Source: Tubiluchus corallicola
Taxonomy: Eukaryota; Animalia; Priapulida
Direction: 5' to 3'
DNA: 64,000 nucleotides
NCBI GenBank assembly: GCA_030141605.1
Contig: JAQGDQ010000021.1
Span: 496,001-560,000 of the forward strand
The notes beneath the pieces were generated by a model. The model saw only the letters and a program-made list of their open reading frames with translations. It did no database searches and was not told where the DNA came from. Below, one piece after another: positions 12,201-22,449 of this stretch (within the stretch, counting starts at the first letter, position 1; every line of letters starts with the position of its first letter). Position numbers and translations under genes: made by a program.

Positions 12201-15200
12201 AAGCGCATTTCCGGATTTGCTATTTTACATTGTTTTTTTCTCATTGTCTTTTTGTTATCAAGATGGCGAAGTTTCAACCAAAGCATGAGCTGGAGTTCGG
12301 TCTGAAACTAAGTCCTGCGTGTTTAAAAACACATTTCAAGCACTCCTGTTTTTACTTTTTAATTGATTTCCCCCTGGGCATCTGGTTCCAGATATAGTCT
12401 ATTTCTTATTTTATTGATATCCATAAAATAAGCTATTTTATTTATTTTATACATATCCATAATCTTATGCACCCTGTATACAGTATAGCTGTATTTCTAA
12501 ATCTCTGATATATCTATTGTCTTGATTACAATACTAATGACAACCTACTGGGGTGCAAAATCACTCCAGCACTGGCTCCTAGACATAATTTTTGTAAGCT
12601 GTTTGCTGTAAGACAATTTATTCAAAGAAGCACAAGATGCTAGTACAAGTTTAAAAGTAAGGTGGGCAGTAAGTTATCCACATCCAGCTTTGTATAGACT
12701 GCATAACATAGTAAAAGAAAAACCTGGACTTACGTGAAAACGGTGCACTACATCAAATGGTTACTCCAGAAATTCTTTATTTAGTAATCAAATTTACATC
12801 AAAAAGAGTTGAAAGAGATGCAAAAAAATATTTGATGATGATTTGAGCCTGATGAATAGGATTATCTATGCTTACTTAGACTTTGTTTGTTGTTTGGAGC
12901 TTTAAAAAACTACTCAAGAACTATGGAAACCAATTGACATAGCACCACATAGAGGTGACTTAGTAATAGCTGCCATATGTCTAGTAGGTAGTTTCATATA
13001 CTAGCATCACTTACGGCTTTTGACGATATTGAAACTAGTGAACCCCGCTGTAGAAGTGATCCAAAATTTTTCAAAGCGACAAGTTTTTTTGATGTGTGCA
13101 CAAACATCAGGTCATTGTTCCTTTCCGGTTGTCAGTACTTTACAGTAGATGAACAATTGTATTCATTTAGAAGAAAGTGCAGTTTTTGCTAGCACATGTC
13201 AAAGAAGCCTACAAAATCCGAATAAAGATTTGGCAGGTGGTAGATGCTGAAGATGCTGAGTCGCATTACTTGTGCAGCGTAGACATATCCACTGACAAAA
13301 TGGGTGATGCTATTGCTGGTAAATTAAGCAAAAAAATAATGATGCAGCTATGTGAACTGTACATGAATTCAGGGAGACATATTACAACGTATTCGCAAGT
13401 GTAAGTCAAGTAGATCAGCTATGGCAGAAAGGATGCACACTGGTGGGCCCCCGATAAAAAACAGAAGAAATTCCAGCATCTGATGTGCAAAGTTAACAAA
13501 GTGAACTTTTGTCAGTTCATTCAGTTTTCGTGTTGAAGAAAAGATATTGATTTCGTATAATGTGTCAGCTGAAAGCAAGATAGCTTGTGTACTGTCCACC
13601 ATGCATCATTGAACAGAAATTGATGAAGGTGCAAAAAAGAAGTCATGTGCAATTTTTTGAGTTATAGCAGCAGCAAAGGTGGTGCAGACATGATAGACCA
13701 GCTAGTAGCAGGATATACGATCAGGTGCAACACAAAATGCTGGACATTTAGACTGATGCGAAACATACTTGACACAGCTGGTGTAAATCTGGTGTAAATA
13801 CCTCTGTTCTATATAAACTGAAGGAAAAATACCCAAAGAATAAAGCGTTTAAAAAACCTTCATTCTGTTGATAGACACACAGATAGTGTTCACACAGAAG
13901 CCATGAACTGACAATCGTGTTCATCTTTGCTTATAAAGAGGTTGAGCAGAAGAGGTGAGCAACCGCAACTCAAGGCGATGCGTCATTTCAAAAGATGAAA
14001 AGATAGGCAAAGGTACACAAAATGCAAAATGTTTGCGAGGAAGCACGAATGCAGCTTAAAACACATTGTATTGCAACAAATGTGTTGAAATTCCTAAAAC
14101 GATTATCATTTTGACTTATTTTTTCGGCACTTACTCGGCAAAAACAATTTCATAGTTTTGTATTAGAATGAGTAAATGTATAAGTGCATCAGTGAATGTA
14201 GTAAATGCAAAAAGACATACACATTTCACTAAAATAAAAGAGGTATTCACAATTTTATTCTTAATTACATTGTTACACGTATTCTCACACAGTCGAAACT
14301 TTGCAGGCTAGTAGGTAACAGTACTCTGCTGGTGCGAACAGCTACAGTGTCAGTGCTCCTTATTTTAGAAACCTGGAGTGCATAGTTACCCTGTCATCAG
14401 TGTTGACGTTTATTTGTATCAAACCTTTTCCAGTGGAGGAGGGTTAAGTGAGGCTTGCTGTGTTACTGATTTGTTGGTGATAGTGTATGCTAACTGCTAC
14501 TCTTTGTATGGGACTGTGGTTAAATGAAATTTTGTTATGATTACTGCTTACTTCCATTAAACTTGGCGAATCCTTTTCTTTGGAATGTGTCTGTATTGTG
14601 AACAGTTGCTTACCTTTTGTGAACAGTGTCTTTTAGCTTGTTATGTGGTTATTTTATCCTTCAGCATTTGTTGCATTTGTCTGATGACTATATTACTATT
14701 GTTTTGTTGTGAAATTATTTAAGATTTTTTATTTCATATTGCTTATTCGTACTTGTTTGTAGTTATAGGTCTTTAAGTAAAACAGGAGACATCCTACTTG
14801 GGCACTGTTTCTAAACATTATTTGTTACAATTTAGGAGAATACACGTTTGTATGCAAAGATCCAAGTTGCGGCAAAACATTTTTAACATCTTACAGTCTG
14901 AAAGTTCACGTGCGTGTACATACGAAAGAGAAACCTTACGAGTGTGATGTAAGAGGCTGCGGAAAATCCTATAATACTTTGTACAGGTGAGGCTTGAAAA
15001 TATAATTCAAGAAGGAAGTCCTGCATATTCATTGCATAGTCGATATTTATGTCATGATTAACAGTTCTTATGACCTTTGCAAAGGTCAGGATGTTTTTAG
15101 TTTCAATATTAAACGAGCCAAATTGTTGTATCTTAATTTAGGTTGAAAGCACACAAGCGTTTGCATTACGGCACCACATTCAACTGTGATGAAGATGGAT

Positions 15201-18200
15201 GTACAAAATATTTCACTACGCTGAGTGATTTGCGTAAACACATTCGAACTCACACTGGAGAAAAACCGTACAGGTGTGTATAATTCAGTTAATTGATTCT
15301 TAGATTAGCTGTTTTGTCTGTCAGTCAGTCATTAATCTTTCTGTTAAGAAACTAGTCAAGAATTAATATTTAGGGTAACTGCAAAACCACAGGCTGACAC
15401 ACCAGCAGCCAATCTACTTACTAACTGACCAAGCCTACCAACTCATGTTTGTGTTTTCTGTACCTACACTTCATACTTCCAGTATGTCAGTACTAGCCTC
15501 ATGGTTTGCCTAGTGGTAATTATCAAACTTTATTTTGTGAGTTTTTGAGCAAAAACCTGTAGCCAGCTTAATGTAAGTAAATTAGAAAACCTCAAAATAC
15601 TTTTATATAAATTTTGTTGGTCCTCTCAGCCTTATTTATCAAAGTGCTTACTATTGTCATATGTATCTCTATTTTTAAAAAAGTTCAGGGGCTTACCCAA
15701 TTTTTGCATAAATTGTCCAAGCCTTGTTTTGTCTTATTTCATTGGGTGTAGTCTTTGTTCTTATTTTAGGTGTGAACAGGATGGATGTGGAAAGTCCTTT
15801 GCAGCTAGTCACCATCTTAGAACTCACATCAGAACACATACCGGTTAGTATTTTAAAAACAAGTTGCTTTGTTCGGTGCCAGGTTGTGGTTTTATAATGT
15901 TAATTTAGCAAACATTTAAACGTTCGATGTCTTTGTACATTTTTTATTGACAAAGGGCAAACTGCCAGAAATATTTTAATTTTCTAGGAAAGCACTGCTT
16001 ATAGTGTTGACTGTTGAAAGTTTGTGACAAATGAAAATGATAATTAGTAATTTAATGCATTTGAAATATTTATTTTCTTTATTTTCAAAATTTCTGCCCA
16101 CTACACATCTGAGTTAACTGCAAAGTACATTTATTATCACATCATTTACTGTGTTAACACTTGAAGAAGTTTCTGAATGGGCTTATCATAACTTTTTTGA
16201 GCATGCAGGAAGAATTGATTGCTTCACAAACAGCAAACAGTTTTTTTAGTAGCACTTTATTATTAATTTTCTGAATTTATCTCTACAAGATATCTAAATT
16301 TTACAAATCTAAAACCATACCGATATTGCTACATTGTCGTTTTAATGGGAGGTGGGGACAAACTCAAATGCTTTCCCAGGTGCCACAAGTTCCAGCCGCT
16401 CCACCTGGCATGACTTTATACGATGTTAGTGTAACTGTGATACTTTTAGGTGAGAAGCCATACTCGTGTACTCAGGATGGCTGTGAGAAAGCCTTTTCAA
16501 CGCAATACAGCTTACGAAACCATGTGAGTCGCCACGAAAAGGTATCTGTGCCTCAGCCACCTAATCTCGAGTCAACCTTAATTCCTACGTCAACAACAAG
16601 CCAAAGTACTTTAATAATTCCAACTGTTGCCGAGAACAAGGACATCTCTGAATCGCTTGAAACGGTAATCGAACATCAACAAGCAACAACAACAGCCGTG
16701 TTGCTGGAGCCTCAGACCAATGGGGTAAGTAGCAAGTAGGGGTTTAGAATCTTTACTAGTAAATAATTATTTTTAGATGATTCTCTGTGGAAATAATGTA
16801 ACACGATATGCGTAAAATCTGGCTTACTGTAGTGAGAATTGTCATCATTAACTGTAATATCCATGCTTTACAGTTATTATTGTAATCTTTAAATCAGTTT
16901 TATAATTTTTTATAATTTGTTTTTGAGAGATAATCTACTGATATAATTCTAAAGGTGATATAATTGCACAAACGTTTTCGTGACTGCCCTTTTATTGAGA
17001 TGAGAAAGAGTTTTGAAGAAAGTGGAGTATAACTAATCCTGCACAGATTAATTTTGTTGAACTTTTCTTACTTGTTCCTTCATGTTTATCAGTTTGTGCA
17101 AGTAATTACTGATTTGCCATCCAAGCCGCAGGAGAGATGTAATATCTCGATGTTGTGGAACGTAATGCAAAGCGAGATTCTCCTTTAGTTCGTTTTATGC
17201 AATTTTAAAGTTTAAGGTTGTAGCTAATATTGGTTGAAGCCAGTTTCTCTTTTTGTACTAAATGAAAATCAAACTGTAGTTGTGACATAGTGGCACACTC
17301 ACACCTATGATTTTGACTGATTTCTTTAAAATTTAATGTAAGTTTTCTTTTGATTAATAGTTGCCTCTTATTGAAATTGGTTTTTCATCATTTCAGTCGA
17401 AATCAAGTATACCTGTGATCAACTTGCAAGACCCAACTATAGCCTCGGCTTTTGCTAACAGCAGCAATATGCTTGTATTGCCTGATGGAAGTAAGTGCTG
17501 CAGCATTTCATCACTGTCACTGATGGCGCCTTTCCAATTGCTTTTCTTGGTGTAGCAGCTATAGCTGATTCTTAAAAAGTAAAAATTTTGCACTACAGAC
17601 AAGTAGTATGCCAGTGTTATTTGGGATAACAGTTCGAGTGCGCCGCAGTCTATATTTCACATTTGCTTAGTAGTGAATTTATTGCCACCTTGATCACAAA
17701 GCAGCATTTTTGTTTAGCTGTTTGTTAAATCAGTAACAATTAAAGTTCATTTTGTCTACAGGTATCCTTCTACAACCAAAGAAAAATGAATCTCTAGAGC
17801 CACTGCCAACAACAGGGTTACGGAATGTTGACGTGTCATCTTTGATCAATGAGCATCAACAGCAAGGGACACCACCTACAGTTCCAATAGTGCAACAGAT
17901 ATTTGTGACAAATCAATACTTGAGCTCTGCGGACCAGCTAACAAGTGAACAGACAGTGCAGCAGCAGCCACCTAGTAATATTGTTCCGCAAGCTTTATCA
18001 GCAAAAGCATGTAAGAGTGCAGAGTGCTGCGCACACGGGACAGTGCCTTCAGATGAGTCTATTTCCGTGCCAGTGAAACTAGATCAAACACCAACCGCAC
18101 AGCAAACTGATCAGTTGCTGGCATCTTTGCAAGCACTCATTGCATCTCCAGTAGATTCTAATACTGATGTTGAGTTATCACAGGAAACAGTTACTATGGT

Positions 18201-19060
18201 AACCGAAAACCAATTGCTAGAGATAGCACCACTGCCACCTGATTTTCCTGTCATACAAAGCGACACCACTGGCAGTAGCATTAATTCATTGCAGCCAGAG
18301 CCAGAAAGCAGTGAAGTGCGGACGTTTAATGAGTCACTGCCTATTATGGCAATGAGCGCTGAATCTGATTCACAGGTGCAAAATAATGATGTAACCATGC
18401 TTTTAAATCCACTGTCTTGTGATGGTGAAAAAGATTTGACGCTGCTATTGGGTGACTCATCAAATTTAGATAAAGATACGATTAGGTAAGTGCACTTAGC
18501 ATGAAGTTACTGGTTTTTAAGTAAAATGGTTGAGTAACTATTAGAGCTAGATGGTATTTGGTAATTATCCAGATTCCAGTCCTACCATAACCGGTTGCTG
18601 GATATTGGATTGTAGCATGCCAAATTGTGTATTGGTTAACTAAATTGCAGTATAGTTATTATCTTCTTGTTTCTAAACAGTAACCCTTCCTGTTGCTTTT
18701 ATGCACTTGGAATTAGGCAGTGCTGTACTTCAGTTTTCAGTTGTCTTTTACACCAATGTGTAGCAACATGAAGCAACACTAGTAAGGTATTTGCTCTCTA
18801 CACACTACTATGGACTTGTGCACATTAAAACAGAACTACTTGTACAGAACTACTAAATGTTTTTTTTTGTATCTATTTATCACTGTTGTAAGGGGCATTG
18901 AATGTCTGCAGTTGAAATGTTTTTGTTATTTTACAATTTCATTTTACATAGATTTGTGACAACTGATGATTTTTCCAACTGCAGTTTGGATTTTGGTTTG
19001 CCAGCCGAGCTTACAAATGCAGATTCTACGCCTGAGATTTGCCACGTTGTTGTGGAGTGA
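9270..19060 (+). CDS. MTF1: Metal regulatory transcription factor 1 (six C2H2 zinc fingers), ~677 aa (642 aa if the last intron is retained)
   Basis: Exons 9270-9408, 9989-10100, 11411-11634, 14836-14986, 15142-15273, 15770-15843, 16450-16724, 17397(or 17361)-17490, 17762-18485 and 18952-19060 are phase-consistent. Translation has MTF-1 signatures [112 protein letters not shown] and FSTQYSL. Intron 3 is GC-AG. The exons after the fingers are less certain than the finger exons. Confidence 0.95.
10570..11305. mobile_element. hAT-type MITE in MTF-1 intron 2
   Basis: 12-bp TIR CAGGGATGTTAC / GTAACATCCCTG; flanks GCCAAAAA / GCCATGAA (6/8, decayed 8-bp TSD); internal short repeats (AAAAC, TTTCAG, TTTTGG). 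Confidence 0.75.
12013..12476. mobile_element. hAT-like MITE nested in the 5' end of the piggyBac
   Basis: 24-bp TIR with one mismatch: CAGGCTGCATAAGATTATGGATAT / ATATCCATAATCTTATGCACCCTG; repeated ATCCATAAAATAA subterminal motifs. The TSD is degenerate (TGTATAGC / TATACAGT). Confidence 0.75.
12600..14090 (+). pseudogene. piggyBac transposase pseudogene (frameshifts and stops)
   Basis: Fragments [14 protein letters not shown] (~13138), [43 protein letters not shown] (~13663) and [19 protein letters not shown] match piggyBac motifs (LTVDEQLLGFRGRC, GRNITxDN, YNxTKGGVDxxDQ, RWP..LD.A.VN). Confidence 0.85.
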
Positions 19061-20003
19061 ACGGTTTGATATATAAGAATGTTGTTGCTTTCACATAATG
19101 CCTTTGCCTTTGAACAATCTATTAGCTCTTTCATTGTGTTTAGAGATTGCACATTTGCGCAATGCTTATTTTTGAAGCCTATTTATGCACTGTAGTACAT
19201 GAAATAGCTTTTTTGCTCAAGTCAGTGATTATTTGTTAATTAGTAGTAATATGCTTATTTAAGTTGAGAAATGGAGGTAAATTGCAGACGTGAAATTAAC
19301 AAGCAATTTTTTATTGAAATTGGAATATAGTATGTGCCAAACTATATATGTTTATAATCTAAGTCTTTTAAATTTTCTAAGCCTTTTACTTACTATCCTA
19401 AATAACTGGCACAGAATTGGAATATATCTAGTTTTACAATAACTATTTCCATGCAAAAATTTCCTCACAGAATAATATATTGCATTGCTTTCAACAGAAG
19501 AGCAATATTTGTATTAATTGCTGCTTTTCAATCCCTTCGCAATTGACTATAATTTTCCATTACGATGATCAGAAAAGTTGATACCTTAACAACTGTAGTG
19601 TTTGAATAACCTGAAGATATTTATTGAAATGTAACTATAATGACAAACAGACCATTTTGTTTGAGTTTCACTCTATATTGTAATTTTGTCTGCGCAGATC
19701 AATCTTTTTACAAGCATTTGTTATTTCATGCTATATTTATTACATTGTTACTATGTAACTTGTGAAGAATTGCTATTACACAAAGTTAGCTGTATGTAAT
19801 GTCTTTTGTATTCAACTTTTAAAGCATAGCTTGAGGTATACAGTAGTATAATCAGTTATGCTGTAAGCCTGTACTGTAGATAAATAATATTTGTATATGT
19901 TTACTGTTAACAGCAGATCTAGTCATCAGCTATGTGTCTTGTAGAAAATGTTTGTAGTGTATGTTCATAATGCATGCACACCAGCTTGATTTGTTGCCAG
20001 ATA

Positions 20004-20186
20004 CAATCAAACCTCGTTAATACATCCTCTTTTATAATGCCAACCTCGCTTAGGGCCCACATTTTTGGCAAATACAATGTCTATATTTGCATAGACGTGT
20101 TTCGATGCACCTCGTTATAATGCCAAACTCGCTTAATGCCAGCTTTTTTACAGTCCCAAAGTAGGCTGTATAAAGAAGTTTGACTG
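20004..20186. mobile_element. Tc1/mariner-pogo (Tigger-like) MITE in the MTF-1 3' UTR region
   Basis: Imperfect TIR TA|CAATCAAACCTCGTTAATAC ... GTATAAAGAAGTTTGACTG|TA with TA flanks, and an internal direct repeat TATAATGCCAA(A)CTCGCTTA. Confidence 0.55.
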
Positions 20187-20305
20187 TATAAAATTGTTAT
20201 CGTAAAATGTAGAAAGGCTAAGATAATACACGCAGCTATATTTATTAGTGAATTTAACAACTAGTTTATGTGCCTGTTTTAGATATGCTTGTGTTGAACT
20301 TGAGA

Positions 20306-20454
20306 AATAAATGCTGTTACTTTTTTCAGGGTCTGTTTAGGATTTATAATTTGTATTGTAAAATATAAAATGTTAGGGAAATGGAGAAAACAAATTCTGT
20401 GTGGACTGAAAAAATGAACTCTGGCTAAATATTTACATAAACAATATTTTTATT
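20306..20454. terminator. Candidate convergent poly(A) signals of MTF-1 (AATAAA 20306-20311, +) and ARMC2 (AATAAA 20449-20454, -)
   Basis: Both hexamers are present. The + strand switches from T-rich to A-rich across ~20350, as expected where two opposed 3' UTRs meet. Usage is not proven. Confidence 0.4.
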
Positions 20455-22449
20455 GTAAGGCACATTACATATAATTAACAATAATTTCATCACGTGCAAT
20501 ATGCATAACTTCATAAATATGTGAACAAAACATACATAAAGACACACACGGAGGTGTAAGTAAAACAACAAATTATTCTCACACCAGTGCAATCAAACTC
20601 GTAAAAAAATATCTAACAGTATCATTAAATGTGGCACTATCACCATATAAGAAAAAATATATATTTTGCAGGGAATGTGTTGAATACTACCTAATTAAAC
20701 AATAAAGAAGTTGTAGACATCTAAACTTCATATATTATGAAGTGTATCGATCAGTTACAGTTTCACACTACAGTGCCATACTTTTGCAAACAGTGTGATT
20801 TTAAACTAAGTTTCAATAACTATGTCATCATATCAAAATTAATAAGACGACAGCAGAGCAGTCACGAAAAAATACAACACAACAGTAACTGCATAGCACA
20901 ATATCAATAGATGCATATATTTGAAGTTAGCGCACTTTGTACATTCTAACAACAGTAAGTTTGGAGATTCAGTTGATAATTCAGTATATTCACAGTGGTA
21001 TTAATTAGTAAGACAGTCATGAAAATAATATTAAATTTAATCAGTACAAAATGCATTTAGAAAATGGCAGAGTTAACAGATTTAGTAAATACTTTTCATT
21101 AATGACATTCAAATACAAATAATATTGTCACATATTATAATAACTTGTAGCTTGTGCACGTGCAATAAATAGGCACTTAAGAAATCACAGTTTTGTATCA
21201 CAGATTTGACAGGAATGGAAAAAAATGACATGATTTACTTGTAGCAACCATGTTACAGTTAAATTTTTCTCTCAACACAGGCTATAGCTCTTAGAGAACC
21301 AGTTACGGATAAAAAACTTATTTCAGTAAATTAATAACTGAAAAGTGAGTGACCAGGGAAAACTAACAAAGCAACAAGAAAGTCAGAAGGGTGTTTTGAC
21401 AGTTAAGGAAAAAAATTGTTTAACTAGATATTTAGCCAATAGTTCTGTTTACACATCAAACATCTTGAAATGAAATAACAGTTTGCAGGACTGATATTGC
21501 AGTGAAACAGACAATGCCGCACTGAAAACAATTTCAGTCGTAAAATGCAAGACGAAATGTTTTACTTGCTGAAATTCTGGCAAAACTAGAGAATAATGTT
21601 TAATGTACTGGAACTTCATCTTAAAAAATATCTTACAATTTCCTAAAATTTTCACCTAACGCGAATGCTAAACATCAAATAAATAAAAGAAAAACTGCTG
21701 TGAACTAAAATTTCACAAAATTTTAACCCTCTTGCTCTTAAAAACTTTGTACTTTTCAAGTCAAAAACACAAGTAGCACAATATCTGTCATGAGCTTTCT
21801 TCCGATCAGCAGCGCATTCTGAAACAATGACTTGTGATGGAGAAAAAAGTAAAACAACATTCAGAAAGTGAAATGTCCCACTTTGTGAATTATGATTGAA
21901 TTCTACAAGCTCGTATAGTGCTTAAATGTCATAAAGGGAATTTGGAGTAAATCACAAACTAGTTTTACAGATATTAGAGCTAGTGAAATCATTAAAGCTA
22001 TTGGTAGTAGAAAAATGATTTTGGCATGTCACCACATTAGGAGGTAAAGTCAAAAGTCATGCAAGTTTGAAATTTCAGCCTGTTACAAAAAGGGATTGAC
22101 ATGACGTCATCTTGTGCCTGTTACGCAGACTGATGAGTGACCAAAAGGTAAAATTGGTTGCCACGATACACCCTTTTTTATGCTACTCTGACGAGCGTGA
22201 ACTATCCAATCTGATTTTTTTGCATTTACTGGCAAAGAGCTGTAATGACAAGCGACGTCACTCACTGATGTTCTAACAAGAACCATAATTGGCAGTATAG
22301 CATGGTACAGACATAACCTTGTTTTGTGCATTCATTCATTTTAAATAAAAGCCGCTGTTGATTATCAGCAATGCGAATACTTGCTATTATCATTTTGTAA
22401 TCTCCAGGTTATTATAGAAAATAAATGAAACATTTGTCTGCAACCATGT

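Larger units (their letters stand above)
11952..14443 (+). mobile_element. Decayed piggyBac DNA transposon in MTF-1 intron 3
   Basis: Left end TTGA|CCCTCAGCTACTGGAAATGG matches the reverse complement of the right end (CCTTTTCCAGTGGAGGAGGG|TTAA), i.e. CCC...GGG termini with a TTAA target site (left copy mutated). Subterminal palindromes lie at ~12548 and ~14374. Transposase remnants are inside. Confidence 0.85.

Noticed and set aside
22120-22200. CTGATGA...stem...GATAC...CTGA as a hammerhead ribozyme or C/D snoRNA
   Set aside because: The hammerhead core is broken (GATA instead of GAAA, no stem III/NUH site). It is antisense to a 3' UTR rather than sense-intronic, and has no convincing terminal stem.
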